64,000 nt of DNA from Chrysomallon squamiferum. Taxonomy: Eukaryota > Animalia > Mollusca. A program made the translations under genes and the position numbers. Position 1 is the first letter of the stretch, and every line of letters begins with the position of its first letter. Under the pieces are notes generated by a model, which was not told where the DNA came from, made no database searches, and saw only the letters and a list, made by a program, of their open reading frames with translations. The stretch spans positions 17,298,001-17,362,000 of the forward strand of contig CM022679.1 of the NCBI GenBank assembly GCA_012295275.1, read 5' to 3'. Shown here one piece after another: positions 52,857 through 64,000 of the stretch.

Positions 52857-53468
52857 AGCATGAATCATCAGAGAAGTATTGTATAATTATCGACATAGTT
52901 TTATTTCTTCTATCAATTCTTTTTCTTTTACAGTCTGTTGTTCACAACATATAGCTGTTACAAATCCACAATATATTTATATTTCTTATAGTCATAGTCT
53001 ATTTATTGTGATCACTGTATAGTGCTAAAATTCTTTTCTTTATACTAAATAAATTAATTCTGGAGGTCGTATAATATAAAACTTGTTACCGTTAGTTATT
53101 TAGAGAATGATTTAATTCTATATAAAACGCTATCAAAGGAAGCATATTTGGTAATAAAGTCGGGCGGTTGTATTAAGTTTGTAATAGAAAACTGAACACG
53201 ATCTCAATTTACTCCCTAATTAAATCAATTGCAGCTTCCTTTGACTCGGGAGTTTGTGTTGAATGGTCAGACACCTGTTTCTAACACAGTGAAACGAGTC
53301 TGACTGGCCGGAAATCGTCAAGGCTAACGCAGTCGCAATGGCAAAGAAAACACGTTGCGTCTAATCAGAAAGACGAGAGACTGTTGCTGTGTGCCACGAA
53401 AACTTATCTAGCCTGAAACAAATATATTTCTATTTTTACAAATGTACAAATACAGGCACATTCGCAAA

Positions 53469-53650
53469 CACAAACACACACACAGACGCACGCACACACA
53501 CACACACACATCAAACCATTCCATATCATAGAATGCCACACCAATCCAAACCACAACACCACATTACAACACTACATTACAACACATCATACAACTCCAC
53601 ATTATTCCACATCAAACTACACCGTATCACACCATATCATACCACGCCAA
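53469..53650. repeat. (CA)n followed by a degenerate pentamer (ACCAC/ACTAC/ATCAT-like) repeat
   Basis: Directly visible 5-bp periodicity. Confidence 0.8.
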
Positions 53651-53919
53651 TCACTCAGTGCTGTTCCATTTCACCACCAAAATTGTTTCTAGTTTGATCT
53701 CAAGATGAAATAACTAATTTTAGAGTATTTTCATTTTCAGCTGGTTTAATATTTGTGTAAATAGTAAATTATTATTATTATTATTATTTAATATCATATT
53801 TTGCATTTACTTGAGTTCGATGAACCCAGATCTTGGCAAAGGATTCTTGAGATCCCGAAATAATCTCTGAATTGTTTATAATATCTGATGACAGAGAAAA
53901 TCCGTACAAAACTCCAGAC

Positions 53920-56691
53920 AAATGCACGTCTTGAAACTCTCACCGTTTTCACTTTCTTTCTTTTTAAATGTTTTTGTAACAACAATGTAGAACTTGGTTT
54001 GAAGGTCTTTGTTCTTGAATTTAGTTTGTACAGACAAACACATCAACGTTTAACTTTACCTGTCAGACGTAATCATTTCACAATGGCACAAAGCCTGAGA
54101 CTAAAGACAGTGTTCCTTCGAGACGATTTCCACTAACGATTTTTATTTTAATGTTCTGTGATTTAGATCTTAGGAAGTAGTGTTAGGAATCACTCGATTG
54201 TTTTCCGACGTACTCTGTTTTACCTCGCAAACTAGTCTCGAGGGTTCTTATATGATTAATGGAACATCCTTTGATCAGGATTTCCGTTTTCATCCACTTT
54301 GTAAGGTTAAATGGTTGCGATTGTAAAAGAATTAACTTATTTTGTACGTAAGACATCGCCCTTTTCTTCATAATGATACAAATAGTCTGTTCCAAGTTAT
54401 TCTGTTTTATATATTTCGCTTTATTATTACTATGGACCACGGGCTACGAAAGACTCTAGTAAGAAATACAACTGCAGCTGTTGTGGTCCACATGGCGATT
54501 TCATCACAGATAATTAGATTTATATATTTTATTGATATGATACTAACACCCGATATGTAGTAATTATGAGATCTGAAATGAAAAATCGTTATACTGTTAT
54601 TACAATATTACACAAAATCATAACAGAAACAATATCTTCACAGAAGTCTTCCACAGAATAGAGATTAACACAGAAATATATAATCAAATTACAGAATCGA
54701 AATGTATTGAAAAACGTGTTACAAATATTATTTTAAGTTAGATAGACAATATACAGACAGCAAATTATAGACATATAGACAGATAGACAGACAGAAAGAC
54801 AAAGAGATCAAAAATTGAGAAAGAAAATGGAGGACAAACGTAGAGAAAAAGAAAGACACAGAAGATCAAGTTCTAGAGAAAAAGAAAGGTAGAAAACAAA
54901 GGAATGAAAGAAAGAGAAATAATGATGTGAAATAAAATACAGAGAGAGAGTAAAAGTTGATTACTGGTAGGATGAGGAAAAGGTGTTCTAGAATAGGTAA
55001 GTTTGTATAACACTAAAACTCACTGTGTTTAAAGGACGGCATATCACGCTTTTAACATTCATTATTCAGTTGAAAATCATGGAGTTTTGATGTGCTGTTC
55101 GTTACAACCAGATCTAAAGGGATTTAGTGACTGACACATTAATTACTAGGGCTAGCCGTCCATACTGCATCAAATATATTCTAAAAATTGGATTTTATGT
55201 AAGAACCGATACAGAAAACGTCAGCTATCTAGCTACCGTAAATATACTAATTTTCGTTGAACATTAATATATGAACAAAGCAACATGGATCTTTATATTC
55301 AATGCATATTTTTAAAAACCTGTTTCTTTATAATAATATTCCTTTGTTTTTCTGTGTTTGCTATTATTAGTTATATAAGTATCATTAGTACTATCAAATT
55401 ATTCATTAGTTTGTCTTAAATATAGCGGATTAATACTACATAAATTACATTTATTTCTGCCTATTGTTAAATGAGATATAATAAATCAGTATATATGTAA
55501 GCTTGACATGTAATATACAACATTGTCCAGCGTCTCCAAAATTCATTATCTTATGATCTTATCACATTATTTTTAGACACATTATCTTCTCTATACGGTG
55601 AAACTTCATATGAAAGGCGTAATGTTGACCGTACTGAATGTTTCGTATAGCACTGGAGACATTGTAATAGATAACTCCCCAACCGGATGCCATGTTACTT
55701 CGTTTCCTCCTTAATTCATTGGCGCACCATATCAATATTTGACATAAAGATATTTGAAAACGCGGTATGCTAAAAGCGGCTATTATTTTGCACTCTGAAG
55801 TTCTGAAAGCCAATTTTAATATTATCAGCTAATTGGATGAACGTGTCTAGAATATTTTAAAACGGTTTAAAATTTTCTTTTCTTATTTTTGAGGAGGGGG
55901 AAATCTGAAGGGTGTCTCATTTCAATTCAAGTACGATGAATTTCTAAGAAGAATTTCTCGTGGCGGGACAACAATCAGAAACTCAGCAGTTTCATTTCTG
56001 GCAGTCTAGCTCAAATATTGATGTGCAAGCTAAATGTCATACGAACATTGACTCTTGAATCAACACGCTGGCAAGGTTTAAACGGAGCATAATGTATCAT
56101 TAATGAAATAGCAGAGCGCACTGGAATTAGTGGCGGGTATATGCACGCGCGAGCGTGTCGCAGAATGGAGCAGACGTTACAAAACCACTACGGAGACTGG
56201 TTCTAATTAGTACAATTTAATTGAACAATGCCCCGGGGAATATAAGCATATTTTATACGAATTGTCGGAAATGCTATAGGAAAAATAAATTTTATTATAA
56301 AAGAATCTAGGGTGAAAGATAATGAAATATTTATAATAGAGATCAATTAATTAGATTTGTGAGGGATTTGTTGATACCGAAAACCTTTTTGAATTTAATA
56401 AATTAAAGCAGCACTATCATATCCTGTTATCTTGTCCTCACATCTTGACACAACCTACGCAACTGTTGACACTACGCGCTAGTAAACAGCACGCCATAAA
56501 AATATCGTGTAAATGTTTTTTGTTTTGTGTATGTTGTTTTTAAAATTATTATTAGATTAATGACATCTTACATTTAAAAATAAACTTATAATCACAGTAA
56601 CAATAAAAACAACAACAAAAACAATAAGCAATAAATAAGAAAACAAAAAATAATTTGATTTACACACATTGACACACATTATTATTATTAC

Positions 56692-56731
<40 letters not shown>

Positions 56732-57308
56732 GTTATTATTGTTGGTGTTGCTGTTGGTGTTTCATTTCATAAGATTATATTTATTTATTTATCAAATACT
56801 TTCCTTACATTGATTTACATAGTTGCTAAGAAACGCTTTCAGCTGTAATTACTTTCTACGTGTGTGCTATTATCAGAAACTGTAACGAACATATGATAAC
56901 ATATTTAATTAACTATAAGATTGTTTTAGATATCCCACTGGAGTTTATCTTGAGATAATTCATTGTTGAAAATTCTCTTAGATCGATTTATGTCAGAATA
57001 GCTTATGAGGTCAAAGTAGAGCTGCTTTTCAGATATTTATAAAAAATGTATTTCTTTATTGCTTTATTTACTTACTTACTTTATTATTTATTTATTTATT
57101 AATTATTGTTGTTGTTGTTTTTGTTATCAATGTTATTGTTCTCTTCATCATCATCATCTTTTATTTTATTTTATTAATATTATTCAATTAAAATCGTGGA
57201 TAATATTACCAGTTCTTCTTGAAAATTTTAAATCGTGTTTAATTTATTTTTAAAATTTTTAATATGTATGTGTGTTTTCACGCACCTATCTATTTTTCTT
57301 TATTGACT

Positions 57309-57392
<84 letters not shown>

Positions 57393-57505
57393 GCCGAATC
57401 ACATGATCCAGCTGGAGATTCTTTTCTGGGACATCAAAGGGATCAACATAGTTGCAGATTACTGGTAGTAGAAACGAAATGCACGTCTTGAAATTCTCAC
57501 CGTTT
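53920..57505 (+). repeat. 29-bp dispersed repeat (53920-53948 and 57477-57505)
   Basis: aaatgcacgtcttgaaaYtctcaccgttt, one mismatch. Confidence 0.85.
57311..57387. repeat. (TC)n microsatellite
   Basis: Perfect dinucleotide run. Confidence 0.98.
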
Positions 57506-58254
57506 CGTTGATAGGGCCAGTAACTGGATTCAAACTTGCAGCTTTAGGCTCTGTTAACTGATTCAGTTAATTATTGGAGTATTTGCAGTAATTGCTTATT
57601 TAGAATCTTGTATTAGCTTCAGCTACAGAGAAAAATATATAAAGAAGAAAGAAGAAAACTGTAGTCATTTTCCATCTTTTTGGTTTTAATTAAAATTTGG
57701 TTTCAAAGCAAATGGGTATAATAAAGTCATTATTAACGACGGCACGTCGATTACACAAGATATGTGCACCGCGAATGGCTTCGCTGATAAACTGCGACTT
57801 TATCAATCAATTCCATGTCGAAGAGACGGCAATCTGGTTTGCCTTATAAGAGCTGTGTTATACTGACTGCCAAAGCCAGACATAAAAATCTGGTCTTGAT
57901 AATTATTTTTGCAGTAAATCTTAATACAGAGCTAAACTACAGAGCTTTATACGGCCGATGAAATTAATGTCATGTACTGGAAAAGATGATATTGCTTTGA
58001 CAAAGAAGAAAACAGTTTTTTTTGTGGTACGTGTTGAATTGATGTAGAATCTTTCATATTGAATCTTTGTTTCCAATCAATCGTATTTTTTTCCTTTTAT
58101 TACTGATAGTAAAGAAATTTATTGACTTGTTAAAGATATTTTACAAAGCGAGACCTAAGTTTAGTCCACAATGGTGATGACGACGACTATATTAATGATA
58201 CTGATGATGATACCATGGGTTTTTTTCCCCATTATCACAATATTAACTGTGACA

Positions 58255-58256
<2 letters not shown>

Positions 58257-58327
<71 letters not shown>

Positions 58328-58338
58328 TAATAATAATA
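58257..58338. repeat. (AAT)n microsatellite
   Basis: Trinucleotide run. Confidence 0.97.
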
Positions 58339-60658
58339 AAAGAAATTAAAGAAAAGATGACGATGATAATCAAGAAATACCATTATTACTACTAACCTTC
58401 ATTTTCCTTGTAATTGTCGTACTATCTGCTATGTGATCATATTATTTATCTTAATGTGTTCTGAAACGTTAAGCACGTTTCTGACAAACCATAGGTCTAT
58501 GAAACTAAAACAGATTACAGATCAAATTAGGACTCTCTGATATATGTACATCATAGATTTTAACATTCTTTAATCATTAATAACAAAAAAAAAAAAAAAA
58601 AAAAAAAAATTAGAAAGGTTCTGCGATTGTTATCTTATAACTGGTACATGAAAAAAATAAAAAGTTTGGATTTGTATACATGTGTGATTTATAACATATG
58701 AAAGAAAAACCCGCATTTGGGAGGTAGGTGACCAATAATTACCTCAAATAAAATATTATCTGAAACAGATTTATATAATAGATTCTACGTTAGTACAAAT
58801 GGAATATCAGGGTCAACAAAACTGTTATTCTGTAAGTTCAACAGCAAACAATATCATTAACATTTTGTGCTAAAATTAGTCACAAATTGGATTATAAAAA
58901 CATTACACAAATCTTGAATATTTCATAAAGATAAAATCGTGCGCTACTGAATAAAAATCGACTTTTCGATATTACAGCCATTTTTTTTTTAATCGTTCTA
59001 TTAGTGTAACGACATTAACTCGACTTCAGAAATACCCAAATTCTCTTTACTCTCGATATGTGGATCAAGGTTTTCCGCTCAAACGATTCACGAAAATTGT
59101 GAACATTTTAAGTGCATTTAGTAACTTATCTCAGGAAGAAGCTGCTAAAATGCCTCACCCATAACCCAATAAGAAAGCTAGTCTAAGAATTAATGGTGTT
59201 GACAAATCTTAGGAAACGATATTCGCACGATGCAAGATAGCTGAAAGTTGACACTTTTCGTTAGAAATGCTTTTAGAAACTGTTTTCCACAAGTCGTATT
59301 TAACGATTTGGTTATCGCTGCTGACTGTTTTTAATGCACCCTTCTTTGAAATAGTTATCATAAATTGTTTAAATTGTCCATTTTGACGTTTACGAATCCC
59401 TTAGTGTAAGTCAGACTGACAGAATATAATATTAACTGTGAAATTGATATTTATAGTTTTTATTTAATATTTTGAAAAAGAGATTAGTAGTAGTAGTTAT
59501 CAGTTATCAAAACTATTTTACAATAATTATAGAAAATAAAATGTGCTGAGCGGTTTTGTTAGTTTGAGTTTGTTTTGTTTTGTTTAGCATTTTATTAATT
59601 TTTTGTAATTATTATTTACTTTTATTTTTTTATTATTTTCATTTTATTTTTTTTAGCGGGTGTTTGATTTTCTCGACATGGTTTAACAAAATTTAAAAAG
59701 AGCACAAATACCTATATATCTATAATATAAATACTCATTAGATTGAACAATTCCAACAGAGGTGAAAAATGGGTTGGACTGAAAATAGCTTGGAAATAGG
59801 GGACGTTTTGATTAAGGGTCAGAGTGGTTTTCATATAATTTTATGTCTGACATATAATGTCTACTTTGAACAGAATGCTACGTCATTATTTCCAATATTG
59901 TTATTTGTTTACTATCTACGGGAAAACAATTTCAGTAGTTCAGTGGTTTCGTTTTCGATATTACGAACTGCTATATCAAACATTCTTGATATCTGAAAAA
60001 AATCAGGTCAATATTTGATCTAGCATTATAAAAACATACGTTAATCTAAAAGCTAAATTATAATAAAATGTTCTGATGTTTCTTACAATGGAGATATTCA
60101 TTTCTTCAGAATAACATTAGTTTTTATAATACGTTCACACGAACTGCTGTTGTAACATTTTGCTCTGCTGAATACAGACTGACATTAGTTTCGAATGACA
60201 TACAGACACACAGAATAAGTAGAGATGATAAGTAATGTATAAAAAATTTAATTTAACAGATAAGGATGATAAGTAACAGATTAATATAATGTGTAAATGT
60301 AACAGATATTTATTCAAGATTAAAAAGAAGTCATTAAATACTAATTCTGCTTGACTGATAATTTGCATGAATAATCTTCATTTTCTTTCTCGCTACATCG
60401 TAAAACCAGTGGGAGATAATTACACACTCTCTCTATCTGCTAGACTCGCTTTTCCGATTTATTACTACATCCTGAAATATTTCATAGTTATCAACCATTT
60501 AACTTTTCATCAGTTCAAGTAGTGAGACCTGACAGAAGGCAGAACAAAAGTACTGTTAGAGTATGATTCATTTATTTAAATGAAATTAGTATTAGAAATT
60601 AAGTGTTACATAATAGGAAATAGGGTGGTGGTGTTATGTCATTTATCCCAAAACATTT

Positions 60659-60860
60659 GACATTTTGACAGAACTATTACATTAACAATAGATATTTTGT
60701 CCACTCTGTACTGACCAATGACATTTTGTCTGCAACACAGTGACCACTGATATTTTGTCTCCTTTATGCTGACCATTTATATTTTGTCTACTACATATTG
60801 AACATTGATAGTTTACCCGCTATAAACTGACCACTGACATTTTTCCCACTACATACATAC
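60659..60860 (+). repeat. Degenerate 29-bp minisatellite, about 7 units (approximate consensus GAYATTTTGTCYACTAYATACTGACCAYT)
   Basis: Units start at 60691, 60720, 60749, 60778, 60807 and 60836, with a looser unit at 60659. Confidence 0.85.
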
Positions 60861-61436
60861 CCCAGTTTGTTTGTCCGTTACATACTGATTACAGTTTGTT
60901 GTTATTTGACATATTTAGTAAATCTGTAATGTTTGTAGTCGTATTAACATTAAAATAACACATTATGCAACTGCAATACATTCGATTTTTCCAGTTAAAT
61001 TGCCTTATTTATATTAAAAAAACCAGTGTGAAACTAACGTAACAAAACACTTGTATCGCAGAGAGCAAATATTTTAAAGAGTAATATCCAACATATATAT
61101 TCATTTTCACAGTATGTGTATTCCTATACAAACGTGAAAAGTTTGACACATGCGTATTGTTTATAAAGCCAGATTAATGGAAAACGGTTAATGTTACCAA
61201 TATTCTCAAAGTAATGACTTTAACGCGGTCTTTTAGCTAGCCAAATGTTATTACATTTTGTATGACGTTAGGTTTATTGCATATGGACGACTGGAAACAA
61301 TGAACTGAAATGAAAACTGTAAATGCTACACTGTCACACATTTCCTGAATACTTAGAGTGGTAATTAATCTAAACAGGAAGACTGTTATACCAGAGTTAT
61401 AACAGATCTGAGTACAGAAACGTATTAATCTCTGCA

Positions 61437-61781
61437 TGTGTATGTATATAACTATATAAATATGTATGTATGTATGTATATGTGTGTGTATGTATATATG
61501 TATGTGTGTGTATGTATGTATGTATGTATGTATGCATACATGTATATATGTATCCATGCATGCATTCTTGCATATATGTATGAATATATGTATATATTTG
61601 TATGTGTTTATGTTTTTCTGTGTGTATGTGTGTGTATTTATATATTTATATGTATGTATGTATGAATGTATGTATGTACGTAGGTATGCAGGTATGTATG
61701 TAGGTAGGTATGCATGCATGTATGTATGTAGATATATATGTATGTATATTTGCATATATTTATATATGTGTAAATATATAT
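61437..61781. repeat. Degenerate (TATG)/(TG)/(TA) low-complexity tract
   Basis: Directly visible; it generates overlapping pseudo-ORFs. Confidence 0.95.
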
Positions 61782-63934
61782 AAATAAGGAAGGTGATGAT
61801 CAATTTGATTACAATTGTTTTTTTCATCTTTCAGTCTTTCTCTATAACTTTCAACAAATCTGCCATTCTGGCAACGACATTGATAACGTTCTACAGATTC
61901 TAACTAGAGTACTATAACATTTGTTAAAACTGATATCCTAGTAAATTACATCAAATTACTAACTTTTGACTAGTTATAATGGTACGCTGAATAAAAATAC
62001 GGAATAAAAAGAGAAGAGAGTCTTGACAAAATTATAGCCAGGTAAATGTGACTTATATTTGAGTTATTATTTTAAAAATACAGAAGATTTCAATCGTAAA
62101 TATTATTATTATTGAGATTAAAGATAGAGACGAACATACTTTGACCTACAATTGATTAATTGGCAACATATCGTGCAGCGGAAGCCTTGTTACGTTGTTT
62201 GGGCTAATATCACTCTCTCTAGAGGTTGATATAATCAGATACTGTTAATGTGCTACAAGATTGTATAATAAATTATTAACATTCTTCTAGCTGTGGCTCT
62301 AACTCCGTTCTGAGATGGTCACTATCGGGATGTTTGCAGTTCGAAAATTCCATCAATAATTTCAAACGTTTCTAAGACGAATGCTATCGTGACTCCTGAT
62401 TGGTTGTATTGGCGAGAAGTAATTTCTGTCAAAACGCAGCTGCGCTGCAGGAAATTTGGCAGGAAGAGTGATCACAACAGAATTTCATACAAAGTAAAGT
62501 TCGTTTAAAGTCTTTGCTTTTCCAAACGTACGATTTGGCCAGAATTACAAAACATATGTGAAATTAAAATGAATGCTAATTAAATCATTAACAGCTTTTT
62601 CTTCTTTATTTTTTCTTTAAAAAATAAAAATAAAACAACAACATAATAACCTAATAAACTACTACTACATCAAGAAATAATGATGGTAATGATGATGATA
62701 ACAGTAAAAAGAACAAGAGCACTACAACAACAACAACAACAACGATAATGATGATAATAATAATGATGGCGACAATGAAGATAATCGTTATGTATGTTTG
62801 TATGAATATACATGTATGCGTGTTTTTGTGTGTGTGTGTGTGTCTGTGTGTGTGTGTGTGTGAATATACATAGCTTGTGTCGTGCGAATACTATTTTCTG
62901 AGAATGGTCATGTTTAAATTATTAGCTTCTGTACATAGATACATACAAGAGATATCAGTGTATTACTTCAAAACGATGCGTAAAGAAATATGCTGTTGAA
63001 AGAATATCGCAACAGTAGGTAAGTATTGCAAATGTTGTGAGATCATTTGATTTCCACGCTCATCGTTATGCACTATTTTTTTTTTTTTTTTTTTTTTTGT
63101 CTTACACTATTAATAAAATATACACAGGTATGGTCTTTCAACACTGTATTCATTCATTCAGTCACTATCATTCATCTGTTTATTCATTCTTTCACATATT
63201 CATTCATATGACTGCATCATGAGAAGAAGATAAAAAATAATGGTATTCATAGCAAATGTCGTCTTTATAAATTCAATATTTCAGTTAACCTCAGATCAAA
63301 AAATCTTTTTTCTTTCTTTACATGTTTTCGTTTTTCTTCTTCTTGTAAACCCGGTTGTTAAAAGAAGACACACTGCAATCAGTTTTGATAGAAAACACTG
63401 ATGCTGGCTTCATTAAGAAAGAAGCTCATTGCTGTCAGAAAATCAAATTATCTCTAACTGATCACCTCACTGGCTTAGATTGAATAACAACCCAGAAAAA
63501 CCATTTTCACTTTATTCCTCGCTCTTGTAATTATAATGTAGTAGAAGTTTGTTTTTGTTTTTGTTTTTTGTACGGAAAAACGAAATCCGTCTGTAATTCC
63601 GTTCGTACGCAGGTGCCTGTCTACATTTGTAAAAAGAAAGCAAAATACTAAGGCTATAGAGATGTGGGGGAAAAATATTCTATATAATATTAAAAACTAT
63701 TATCAGTAAAACTAAGAGATAAAAAAAACTCTAATATATAAGTTTATGTTCAGAGTCAGATAGATAGACAGATAGACAGAGAGACAGAGAAAATATTTAT
63801 ATAAAGGTTTTCTGAAGCACACGCTGAAACATCAGCGAAACACCGTCAGTAATGATTATTTTAAAACTACAAAATTACTACTGCTACTGTAACAACTATT
63901 ACTACTAACGATAATGATAATACTGATGATCATG

Positions 63935-64000
<66 letters not shown>
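63935..64000. repeat. (AAT)n microsatellite running off the window end
   Basis: Trinucleotide run. Confidence 0.97.

Noticed and set aside
52420-52954. Three overlapping Y/I/H/V/C-rich ORFs
   Set aside because: Microsatellite-derived.
60659-60860. CRISPR-like regular repeat
   Set aside because: The context is eukaryotic, there are no cas genes, and the would-be spacers are short and mutually similar, so it is a minisatellite.
61237-61827. Longest ORF in the track (196 aa) and overlapping + strand ORFs
   Set aside because: These are translations of the (TATG)/(TA) low-complexity tract, with no splice or domain support.

Overview
AT-rich, microsatellite-rich eukaryotic (animal) genomic DNA. 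It is probably invertebrate; lophotrochozoan/mollusc is my guess from composition and repeat style, not a demonstrated result. Positions ~1-48.1 kb carry the 5' half of a minus-strand Rbfox (Fox-1/A2BP1) RNA-binding protein gene. The core exons are a 66-codon first exon at 47865-48062 behind a CpG-rich promoter, a shared HMVQ... exon (11675-11893), and three RRM exons (8430-8573, 7771-7821, 2320-2412); the gene continues off the left edge. The 36-kb first intron contains a series of candidate alternative first exons, each an ATG-initiated mini-ORF ending in a phase-0 splice donor that would join the same HMVQ exon. The gene also holds several candidate microexons and poison exons, some inside dense clusters of RBFOX's own UGCAUG element, which suggests a multi-layered autoregulatory splicing circuit. 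Two pogo/Tigger-type DNA transposon remnants lie in the first intron. CpG is depleted across the gene body and retained upstream of ~47.6 kb. The 48.5-64 kb region appears non-coding, with simple repeats and CpG-rich islands. All alternative exons are predictions from splice signals and reading frame, without transcript evidence.
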